DNA from: Synechococcus sp.
GTDB lineage: Bacteria; Cyanobacteriota; Cyanobacteriia; PCC-6307; Cyanobiaceae
Assembly: GCA_047285305.1 (NCBI GenBank)
Contig: JBJBDL010000003.1
Span: 576,001-640,000, forward strand
Length of the DNA: 64,000 bases
Reading direction: 5' to 3'
Shown: one piece after another, positions 56,324-64,000 of the stretch
How the letters are laid out: each line of letters begins with the position of its first letter
Position numbering within the stretch: position 1 is the first letter of the stretch
Program-made: the position numbers and the translations under genes
Notes under the pieces: generated by a model
What the model was told of the DNA's origin: nothing
The model's database searches: none
What the model saw: only the letters and a program-made list of their open reading frames with translations

Positions 56324-57676
56324 GTGCCCAGCACCGACACGATTGCGGCAGTGGCCACCGCCGTGGCCCCAGGTCAGGGCGGCATCGCCGTGATTCGTCT
56401 TTCCGGGCCGGCTGCGGAAGCGACGGGGCGCAGCGTGGTGCACTGCCCGGGCCGACAGGAGTGGGGATCGCACCGGGTGGTGTACGGCCATGTGATGGAT
56501 GGCGAGGGCCGCCGTCTCGATGAGGTGCTGCTGCTGCTGATGCGCGGGCCCCGCAGCTTCACCGGTGAGGACGTGGTGGAGATCCACTGCCATGGCGGGG
56601 TGATCGCCGTGCAGCGGGTGCTCGAACAGGTGCTGCGGCAGCCGGGAGTGCGGCGGGCCCAGCCGGGCGAGTTCAGTCAGCGGGCCGTACTCAACGGCCG
56701 GCTCGATCTCACCCGTGCCGAGGCGGTGAGTGAGCTAGTGGCGGCTCGCAGCCGCCGGGCGGCCGAGTTGGCCATGGCGGGCCTCGATGGCGGCATTCAG
56801 TCCCAGATCATGGCGCTGCGGGAACGGCTGCTCGATCAGCTCACCGAACTGGAGGCTCGGGTGGATTTCGAGGAGGACCTGCCGCCCCTCGATGGCGAGG
56901 CCCTGCTGCAGCAGCTGCAAGCCGTGCGTCTGGAGCTTCAGCAGTTGGTGCGTGATGGCGAGCGGGGCGATGCCCTGCGCCAGGGCCTGCGGGTCGCCCT
57001 GGTGGGTCGCCCCAACGTGGGGAAAAGTTCCCTGCTCAATCGGCTCAGCCGCCGCGAGCGGGCGATCGTGACCGATCTGCCGGGCACCACCAGAGATCTG
57101 CTGGAGAGCGAGATCGTGTTGGAGGGGGTGCCGATCACCCTGCTCGACACCGCCGGCATCCGCAGCACCGATGACGCGGTGGAGCAGCTGGGGATTGCCC
57201 GCAGCGAGGAAGCGCTGGCCACGGCGGATGTGGTGCTGTTGGTGCTCGACGGCCACGCGGGCTGGACCGCTGAAGACGCCGCCTTGCTGGCGCGCATCCC
57301 CGCGCAGATCCCCAGGATCCTGGTGGCCAACAAGGCGGATCTCCCTGCGGGGACCTTCCCCCAGCCGGTAGATGTTCAGTTGTCGGCCTTGGAGGGCACG
57401 GGAGAGGCCGACCTGGTGCAGGCCCTGCTGGAGCGTTGTGGTGCTGCAGGGACCGAAGGGGTGCTGCTGGCGCTGAACCAACGCCAACGCGATCTGGCCA
57501 CCCGAGCCGCCGAGGCCCTGGGCCGCAGCCAGGAGGTGGCGGACCAGCAGCTCCCATGGGACTTCTGGACCATCGATTTGCGGGAGGCGATCCGCGCGCT
57601 GGGGGAGATCACCGGAGAAGAGCTCACCGAAGCGGTGCTGGATCGGGTGTTTTCGCGCTTCTGCATCGGAAAATAG
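56324..57676 (+). CDS. mnmE: tRNA modification GTPase MnmE/TrmE
   Basis: DTIAAVAT, SFTGED, GRPNVGKSS, DTAGIR, FCIGK C-terminus; GTG start at 56324. Confidence 0.97.
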   Translation: MPSTDTIAAVATAVAPGQGGIAVIRLSGPAAEATGRSVVHCPGRQEWGSHRVVYGHVMDGEGRRLDEVLLLLMRGPRSFTGEDVVEIHCHGGVIAVQRVLEQVLRQPGVRRAQPGEFSQRAVLNGRLDLTRAEAVSELVAARSRRAAELAMAGLDGGIQSQIMALRERLLDQLTELEARVDFEEDLPPLDGEALLQQLQAVRLELQQLVRDGERGDALRQGLRVALVGRPNVGKSSLLNRLSRRERAIVTDLPGTTRDLLESEIVLEGVPITLLDTAGIRSTDDAVEQLGIARSEEALATADVVLLVLDGHAGWTAEDAALLARIPAQIPRILVANKADLPAGTFPQPVDVQLSALEGTGEADLVQALLERCGAAGTEGVLLALNQRQRDLATRAAEALGRSQEVADQQLPWDFWTIDLREAIRALGEITGEELTEAVLDRVFSRFCIGK

Positions 57677-57699
57677 TTTCAGCGGACGTCTGAAACGGT

Positions 57700-58539
57700 T
57701 TGGACTGGCAATCCCCGGCACTCACCGCTGCATTGGAGGCCTGGCTGGCGGAAGACATCGGCCGCGGTGATCTGACGGCGGCTGCCTTGCAGGGCCAGCA
57801 GGGTCATGCCCATTGGGTCGCCAAACAGCCGGGCAGGTTCTGCGGTGGACCGTTGGTGCAGCGCCTGTTCCAGCGTCTGGATCCCGGGGTGAGTCTTCGC
57901 CTGCTGCGGCAGGACGGTGACGCCGTTGAGGCCGGGGACTGCCTGCTGGAGCTGCGGGGGGCGGCCACGGCTTTGGTGGCGGGGGAACGCACCGCCTTGA
58001 ACCTGGCCATGCGCCTCTCGGGCATTGCCACCGCCACCGCTGCATTGGTGGCCCAGCTTGAGGGCACCGGTGTGTGTCTGGCCGACACCCGCAAGACCAC
58101 CCCCGGGCTTCGTCTGCTGGAGAAATACGCGGTGCGTTGCGGCGGCGGCATCAACCACCGCATGGGGCTGGATGACGCTGCCATGCTCAAGGAGAACCAC
58201 ATCGCCTGGGCGGGGGGCATCACAGCGGCCATCACGGCTGTGCGTGAGCAGGCCCCTTGGCCTACGGCCGTGATTGTGGAAGCGGAGACGGAGGCCCAGG
58301 CATTGGAGGCGGTGCAGGCGGGCGCCAATGGGGTGCTGCTGGATGAATTCAGTCCTGAGCAGCTCGCCCAGCTGGTGCCGCGCCTGCGGGCCTCCAGCAC
58401 CGGGGTGGTGGTGCTGGAGGCCTCCGGCATTCAGCCCGAGCAGTTGCAGGCCTACGCCGCCACCGGCATTGATCTGATCTCCACCAGCGCGCCGGTCACC
58501 CGCAGCCGCTGGCTCGACTTGAGCATGCGTTTCACCTGA
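57700..58539 (+). CDS. nadC: nicotinate-nucleotide diphosphorylase (carboxylating)
   Basis: EDIGRGDLT, DTRKTTPGLR, MLKENH, EASG. Confidence 0.96.
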   Translation: MDWQSPALTAALEAWLAEDIGRGDLTAAALQGQQGHAHWVAKQPGRFCGGPLVQRLFQRLDPGVSLRLLRQDGDAVEAGDCLLELRGAATALVAGERTALNLAMRLSGIATATAALVAQLEGTGVCLADTRKTTPGLRLLEKYAVRCGGGINHRMGLDDAAMLKENHIAWAGGITAAITAVREQAPWPTAVIVEAETEAQALEAVQAGANGVLLDEFSPEQLAQLVPRLRASSTGVVVLEASGIQPEQLQAYAATGIDLISTSAPVTRSRWLDLSMRFT

Positions 58540-58582
58540 AGAGGGATGATCAGAGCCGGATTCCCCCGGCCACGCACTGCCC

Positions 58583-60355
58583 ATGCTCAGCCTGTCCCAG
58601 TCCCTGGATGCCCAGCTGCGAGCGGCGATGCAACGGGCCTTCCCGGAAGCCGATGCGGGGCTGGATCCCCAACTGGCTCCTGCCAGCAAGCCGGAATTCG
58701 GCGACTTCCAGGCCAACGGCTCGCTGCCACTGGCCAAGCCCTTGAAGCAGGCTCCTCGGCAGATCGCCACGGCGATCGTGGAGCAGCTGCAGGCCGATCC
58801 CGCCTTCACCGACCTCTGTCTGGAGCCGCAGATCGCCGGGCCTGGCTTCATCAACCTCACGATCCGCCCGGAGCGGCTGGCGGCGGAGGTGTCGGCACGG
58901 CTGGGGGACGAGCGGCTCGGCGTGCCGGCGGTGGAGAACCCGGCGCCGGTTGTGGTGGATTTTTCCAGCCCCAACATCGCCAAGGAGATGCATGTGGGGC
59001 ATCTGCGCTCCACGATCATTGGCGACTCGCTGGCGCGGGTGCTCGAGTTCCGCGGCCATCCGGTGCTGCGCCTCAATCACGTGGGCGATTGGGGCACCCA
59101 GTTCGGCATGCTCATCACCCACCTCAAGCAGGTGGCGCCGGAAGCCCTGGACACCGCCGATGCGGTGGATCTTGGAGATCTCGTGGCTTTCTACCGCGAG
59201 GCCAAGAAGCGCTTCGATGACGATGAAGCCTTCCAGTCCACCTCCCGCGACGAGGTGGTGAAGCTGCAGGGGGGCGATCCGGTGTCGCTCAAGGCCTGGG
59301 GCCTGCTCTGCGACCAGTCGCGGCGCGAGTTTCAGAAGATCTACGACCGGCTCGACATTCGCCTTAGCGAACGCGGCGAGTCGTTCTACAACCCCTTCCT
59401 GCCAGCGGTGATTGATGGCCTGAAGGCCGCTGAGCTGCTGGTCACCGATGACGGTGCCCAGTGCGTGTTCCTTGAGGGCGTGCAGGGCAAGGACGGCAAG
59501 CCCCTGCCGGTGATCGTGCAGAAGAGCGACGGCGGCTTCAACTACGCCACCACTGATCTGGCGGCGATCCGCTACCGCTTTGGAGCGGCTCCTGAGGGGG
59601 ATGGTGCCCGCCGGGTGGTTTACGTCACCGATGCCGGCCAGGCAAACCATTTCGTCGGGGTGTTCCAGGTGGCCGAACGGGCCGGCTGGATCCCGGACGG
59701 TTCACGCCTCGAGCATGTGCCCTTTGGCCTGGTGCAGGGGGAAGACGGCAAGAAGCTCAAAACCCGCGCCGGCGACACCGTGCGTCTGCGGGATCTGCTC
59801 GATGAAGCCGTCGAGCGCGCCGAAACCGATCTTCGTTCACGCCTGAAGGAGGAGGAGCGCAGTGAGTCGGAGGAGTTCATCCAGCATGTGGCGGGCACCG
59901 TGGGTTTGGCGGCGGTGAAATACGCCGACCTCAGCCAGAACCGGATCACCAATTACCAGTTCTCCTTCGATCGGATGCTGGCGCTGCAGGGCAATACGGC
60001 GCCCTATCTCCTCTATGCCGTGGTGCGCATCGCCGGTATCGCCCGCAAGGGGGGCGACCTTGCGGCCACCAATGCCCAACTGCAGTTCAGCGAGCCCCAG
60101 GAGTGGGCCCTGGTGCGGGAGCTGCTCAAGTTCGATGCCGTGATCGCAGAGGTGGAGGAGGAGCTGCTGCCCAACCGCTTGTGCAGCTATCTGTTCGAGC
60201 TCAGCCAGGTGTTCAACCGCTTCTACGACCAGGTGCCAGTGCTCAAGGCCGATCCTGAAGCGCTGGCATCCCGCCTCGCCCTCTGCCGTTTGACGGCAGA
60301 CACCCTCAGACTGGGGCTCGGACTGCTGGGCATCGCCACCCTGGACCGCATGTGA
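58583..60355 (+). CDS. argS: arginine--tRNA ligase
   Basis: [33 protein letters not shown]-terminal DRM. Confidence 0.98.
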   Translation: MLSLSQSLDAQLRAAMQRAFPEADAGLDPQLAPASKPEFGDFQANGSLPLAKPLKQAPRQIATAIVEQLQADPAFTDLCLEPQIAGPGFINLTIRPERLAAEVSARLGDERLGVPAVENPAPVVVDFSSPNIAKEMHVGHLRSTIIGDSLARVLEFRGHPVLRLNHVGDWGTQFGMLITHLKQVAPEALDTADAVDLGDLVAFYREAKKRFDDDEAFQSTSRDEVVKLQGGDPVSLKAWGLLCDQSRREFQKIYDRLDIRLSERGESFYNPFLPAVIDGLKAAELLVTDDGAQCVFLEGVQGKDGKPLPVIVQKSDGGFNYATTDLAAIRYRFGAAPEGDGARRVVYVTDAGQANHFVGVFQVAERAGWIPDGSRLEHVPFGLVQGEDGKKLKTRAGDTVRLRDLLDEAVERAETDLRSRLKEEERSESEEFIQHVAGTVGLAAVKYADLSQNRITNYQFSFDRMLALQGNTAPYLLYAVVRIAGIARKGGDLAATNAQLQFSEPQEWALVRELLKFDAVIAEVEEELLPNRLCSYLFELSQVFNRFYDQVPVLKADPEALASRLALCRLTADTLRLGLGLLGIATLDRM

Positions 60356-61470
60356 GCGACAACACTCAACCGTTCACACCCGGTGGTGCTCCGGCGGCCC
60401 GCGCCGCCGTTGAGCAGCTCAAGGCCTACAGCGCGCCGTTGGAGGGCCGCCGCCAGATGCTGCGGCTGGATTTCAACGAGAACACGATTGGTCCCAGCCC
60501 CTTGGTAGCCCAGGCCCTGCGCAACTTCAGCACCGAAGAAATTGCCGTTTATCCGGAGTACGACGGCCTGCGGGACGCGTTGCTGCAGAACCTGGAGGAA
60601 ACCGGCTGCCGGCCTGGATTGAAGCCGGATCAGGTGGGCCTGTTCAACGGTGTGGATGCCGCCATCCATGCGGTGTTTCAGGCCTATGGCGATGCGGGTG
60701 AGACGTTGCTGACCACAGCGCCCACCTTCGGGTACTACAGCCCCTGCGCCGGGATGCAGGGCATGACCATCGAGGCGATTCCCTACGAAGGGGAGTCGTT
60801 CGACTTCCCGTTGGCGGCCATTCAGGAGGCATTGGTAGCTCAAGCGCCGCGGTTGCTGTTGATCTGCAACCCCAACAACCCCACTGGCACGCGCTTGCCA
60901 GCAGATCAGGTGATCGCTTTGGCGGCCTCAGCCCCGGGCACCTTGGTGGTGGTGGATGAGCTCTATGAGGCCTTCACCGGAGACAGCGTGCTGCCGAGCG
61001 CAGATTTCACGGCCACACCGAACCTGCTGGTGTTCCGCTCCCTGGCCAAAACAGCTGGGTTGGCGGGGTTGCGGATTGGCTTTGCGATTGGCCACGCCGA
61101 TGTGGTCGATCGGGTGAGTCGCGTCACGGGCCCCTATGACCTCAACAGCGTGGCCGTGGCCGCGGCTTTTGCCGCCTTGGCGGATCAGTCGTATGTGGAT
61201 GCCTACGTGGCCGAGGTGCTGCGGGCTCGCCACTGGACACTGCAGGAGCTGCGGGACGCGGGGGTTCGGCATCACTGCGATGGCGGCAACTATCTGCTGA
61301 TCTGGCCCCAGCGACCCGTTGATGCCGTGGATGCGTCGTTGCGCGAGGCGGGAATCCTGGTGCGTTCGATGGCAGGCAAGCCCTTGATCGATGGTTGCTT
61401 CCGGGTGAGCATCGGCACCACAAGCCAGATGCAGCGCTTCATGGAGGCGTTCCTCCTCCTGGAGCGATGA
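60352..61470 (+). CDS. hisC: histidinol-phosphate aminotransferase-like PLP enzyme
   Basis: [35 protein letters not shown]; overlaps the argS stop (GTGA). Confidence 0.8.
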   Translation: MSDNTQPFTPGGAPAARAAVEQLKAYSAPLEGRRQMLRLDFNENTIGPSPLVAQALRNFSTEEIAVYPEYDGLRDALLQNLEETGCRPGLKPDQVGLFNGVDAAIHAVFQAYGDAGETLLTTAPTFGYYSPCAGMQGMTIEAIPYEGESFDFPLAAIQEALVAQAPRLLLICNPNNPTGTRLPADQVIALAASAPGTLVVVDELYEAFTGDSVLPSADFTATPNLLVFRSLAKTAGLAGLRIGFAIGHADVVDRVSRVTGPYDLNSVAVAAAFAALADQSYVDAYVAEVLRARHWTLQELRDAGVRHHCDGGNYLLIWPQRPVDAVDASLREAGILVRSMAGKPLIDGCFRVSIGTTSQMQRFMEAFLLLER

Positions 61471-62450
61471 ACCGCCTGCTGCTGTTGGCCACCGGCGGCA
61501 CCATTGCCGGCTGTGCGGAGAACAGTGCAACTCTGAACAACTACACCGCGGGCGTGCTCGGGGGTGATGCCCTGTTGGCGGCGGTGCCGCAGCTGCAGGA
61601 TCTGGCGGCAATCAGTGTTGAGCAGGTGGCCAATGTCGACAGCGCCGACCTGTTGTTTGCCCATTGGCGCGCGCTGGTGGTGCGCATTCGTGCTGCCTTT
61701 GCAGCAGACCCCGAGCTGGCTGGAGTGGTGATCACCCATGGCACCAACACGCTGGAGGAAACCGCCTGGTTGCTGCAGCTGTTGATCGATGATCCCCGGC
61801 CGGTGGTGCTGGTGGGTGCGATGCGGCCGGCCACGGCCCTTAGTGCCGATGGGCCGTTGAATCTGTTGCAGGCGGTGCAGGTGGCCTCAAGCCCAGAAGC
61901 CCGCGGTCAGGGCGTGTTGGTGGTGTTGGATGGCCAGATCCATGCCGGCCAGCGGGTCACCAAGCTGGCCACTCAGGGGGTGGGGGCGTTCGCCAGTCCC
62001 GGCACCGGGCCCTTGGGCTGGGTGGACGACGTTGGCGTTCATCTGCCCATGGCGAGCGGATCCCGGCAGGTGCCCTTTGCTGATCTCGCTTTACCGGAGC
62101 AATGGCCCCAGGTGCCGATCGTCTACGGCTGTGTGGAGCCAGAGTCGCTCCTGCTCACCGCTTGCCTCAACGCCGGCGTTGAGGGTTTGGTGCTCACGGG
62201 GACTGGAGCGGGACAGCTGTCGGCGGCTGAGCGTTCGGCGCTTCAGGCTTGGCCAGGGAAGCGGCCGTTGATGCTGCGGGCCAACCGGTGCGGATCTGGG
62301 CCCGTGCACCACCATTCCGAGGATGAAAGGCTCGGGCTGCTGCCCGCGGGCAGTCTCAACCCCCAGAAAGCAAGGGTGTTGTTGTTGTTGGCTGTGCTGG
62401 CGGGTTGGGACAGAAATCAGCTGGCGGCACTGATCACTGCATCACCGTGA
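61467..62450 (+). CDS. L-asparaginase family protein
   Basis: LATGGTIAG, THGTNTLEETA, GAMRPA, LNPQKARVLL; ATGA overlap with the previous gene. Confidence 0.9.
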   Translation: MNRLLLLATGGTIAGCAENSATLNNYTAGVLGGDALLAAVPQLQDLAAISVEQVANVDSADLLFAHWRALVVRIRAAFAADPELAGVVITHGTNTLEETAWLLQLLIDDPRPVVLVGAMRPATALSADGPLNLLQAVQVASSPEARGQGVLVVLDGQIHAGQRVTKLATQGVGAFASPGTGPLGWVDDVGVHLPMASGSRQVPFADLALPEQWPQVPIVYGCVEPESLLLTACLNAGVEGLVLTGTGAGQLSAAERSALQAWPGKRPLMLRANRCGSGPVHHHSEDERLGLLPAGSLNPQKARVLLLLAVLAGWDRNQLAALITASP

Positions 62451-63156
62451 TCACGGTGGTGTCGTCGAGGCGTCCCGGGAGGGTTTGCGACCGGCCCACC
62501 CGGCGCACGGCTGTGCCACCCATGGCGTCGAGGAAGGGCTGCACACCCTCTTGATCACAGCCTTCAGGTGCTTCTCCGTTGACGTACTGCACCGGGATGA
62601 CGCGTTTGGGGTTCAACTGCTCCACCACCGCCGCAGCTTCATCGGCGTCGTAGATCTTGCTGCCCCCACCCACGCCGATGATCAGCACATCGGGGTTGCC
62701 CAGCAGCACCTTGTCGGCAGCTGTTAGCTCTCCAGCGGTGGCACCGAGATGGGCAAAGCTGAGGCCCCCCTGCTGCCAGCGCCAGAGGGTGGCGTTGCCA
62801 AAGCGGCGTCCGCCCACGCGGTCGTGGGGATTGGCAAAGCCCTCAAGCCTCAGCCCTCCAATGCGATACGACCCGGGTTGGGCCAGAAAGCGGCCGCCGG
62901 CCACGTCGCGGGCTCCTTCATCGGCGAGTTCGGAGTTGGTCAGAACAACGCCGGCCGTCAGCCGAGGTTCAGGGAGCCCCGCAGCACAACCCACGGCCTT
63001 GTAGGGGTTGAGCAGCACCGACTGGCCCCCCCCCTGGATCAGCAATGCCCGCTGCCCATAGCTGCTGATCGACACTCCACCACCCGCCAGGGCCGGAGAC
63101 GTGAGGCTGAGTGCCAGGCCTGCAGCGGCGGTCGCGGCGGAACGCAGGACGGACAT
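62434..63156 (-). CDS. MBL-fold metallo-hydrolase-like exported protein
   Basis: Signal peptide, VLLNPY, HDRVGGRRFG, AHLG, PKRVIPVQY; no HxHxDH motif. Confidence 0.8.
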   Translation of the reverse strand: MSVLRSAATAAAGLALSLTSPALAGGGVSISSYGQRALLIQGGGQSVLLNPYKAVGCAAGLPEPRLTAGVVLTNSELADEGARDVAGGRFLAQPGSYRIGGLRLEGFANPHDRVGGRRFGNATLWRWQQGGLSFAHLGATAGELTAADKVLLGNPDVLIIGVGGGSKIYDADEAAAVVEQLNPKRVIPVQYVNGEAPEGCDQEGVQPFLDAMGGTAVRRVGRSQTLPGRLDDTTVITVMQ

Positions 63157-63191
63157 GGGAGGGGTTGAACGTGTTTCGGACGCTAACAGCG

Positions 63192-63785
63192 TTATCCCTC
63201 AGCTTCCCGCAGGAAATTGGCCAGCAGTTGGTGGCCTTGATCGGTGAGCACGCTTTCGGGGTGGAACTGCACCCCCTGCAGGTGGTGATGGTCGCGGTGC
63301 TGCAGGCCCATGATCGTGCCGTCCTCGAGCCAGGCGGTCACCTCGAGGCAGTCCGGCAGGCTGTCGCGTTCGGCGATCAGGGAGTGGTAGCGGGTGGCCG
63401 TCAGCGGTTGGGGCAGTCCCGCGAACACGCCGTCGCCCTTGTGCAGCACGGGGGAGGTTTTCCCGTGCATCTGCTGCTGGGCGCGCACCACACGGCCGCC
63501 GTACACCTGGGCGATGGCCTGATGGCCCAGGCATACCCCCAGGGTGGGCACCGTTGCGGAAAGCTCTTTGAGGATGTCGAGGCAGACGCCTGATTGATCC
63601 GGGTCGCCAGGGCCTGGAGAGAGCAGGATCGCGTCGGGCTTCAGGGCACGGATCTGCTCGAGGCTGATGGCGTCGTTGCGATGCACCTGCAGATCGGCTG
63701 CCACCGGATGCTGGGCGGCGAGCTCACCGAAGTACTGCACCAGGTTGAAGGTGAAGCTGTCGTAGTTGTCGATGACCAGCAGCAT
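63192..63785 (-). CDS. trpG: anthranilate/aminodeoxychorismate synthase component II (glutamine amidotransferase)
   Basis: [34 protein letters not shown]. Confidence 0.93.
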   Translation of the reverse strand: MLLVIDNYDSFTFNLVQYFGELAAQHPVAADLQVHRNDAISLEQIRALKPDAILLSPGPGDPDQSGVCLDILKELSATVPTLGVCLGHQAIAQVYGGRVVRAQQQMHGKTSPVLHKGDGVFAGLPQPLTATRYHSLIAERDSLPDCLEVTAWLEDGTIMGLQHRDHHHLQGVQFHPESVLTDQGHQLLANFLREAEG

Positions 63786-63799
63786 CTGCGAATCGGGAG

Positions 63800-64000
63800 T
63801 CAGAGCCCCAGGCGGAGCAGGAGCGGCGGAAGCAGGAGAAACAGAGCGATCAGCAAGGAGCTGATGGCGGCTGTCAGCACGGCGGCGGCAGCACAGTCTT
63901 TGGCGATGCGGGCTAAGGGGTGATAACGCCGGCCAATGGCCAGATCCACCACCGCTTCCATCGCTGTGTTCAGCAGCTCCAACACCAGAACGGCAGCCAC
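63800..64000 (-). CDS. dgkA: diacylglycerol/undecaprenol kinase family protein, 3' part
   Basis: [23 protein letters not shown]; runs off window end. Confidence 0.9.
   Translation of the reverse strand: MAAVLVLELLNTAMEAVVDLAIGRRYHPLARIAKDCAAAAVLTAAISSLLIALFLLLPPLLLRLGL

Noticed and set aside
57679..59076. 465-aa minus-strand ORF
   Set aside because: Antisense to nadC and argS; no domain signal.

Overview
GC-rich, gene-dense core-genome segment of a marine picocyanobacterium. Protein sequences and gene order point to marine Synechococcus (subcluster 5.1); this is from recognition, not a search. About 60 mostly housekeeping CDSs run from partial mnmG through dnaB, rplI, desC, gcvH/gcvP, flv3/flv1, hspA, an SNF2-SWIM-MEKHLA cluster, alaS, speA, ndk, thiO, gatB, coaE, argJ, eno, clpB, secE-nusG-rplKAJL, rnhA, pyrD, murG, pgk, relA/spoT, mnmE, nadC and argS to partial dgkA. 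I saw no tRNA, rRNA, CRISPR array, integrase, transposase or prophage, and no clearly novel multi-gene system. The most notable signals are outside the ORF track: (1) a 141-nt in-frame deletion scar that appears to fuse a rubrerythrin start to the end of an NADPH-dependent FMN reductase, with a palindromic operator left upstream; (2) a Yfr2-like sRNA with a -10 box and terminator downstream of rplL; (3) a DUF3747-like pseudogene with a nonsense codon and a frameshift; (4) L1 and L10 ribosomal-protein leader RNAs, including a perfect 13-bp helix closing next to the rplJ start; (5) an uncharacterised, tightly coupled membrane protein-SNF2-SWIM-MEKHLA operon.
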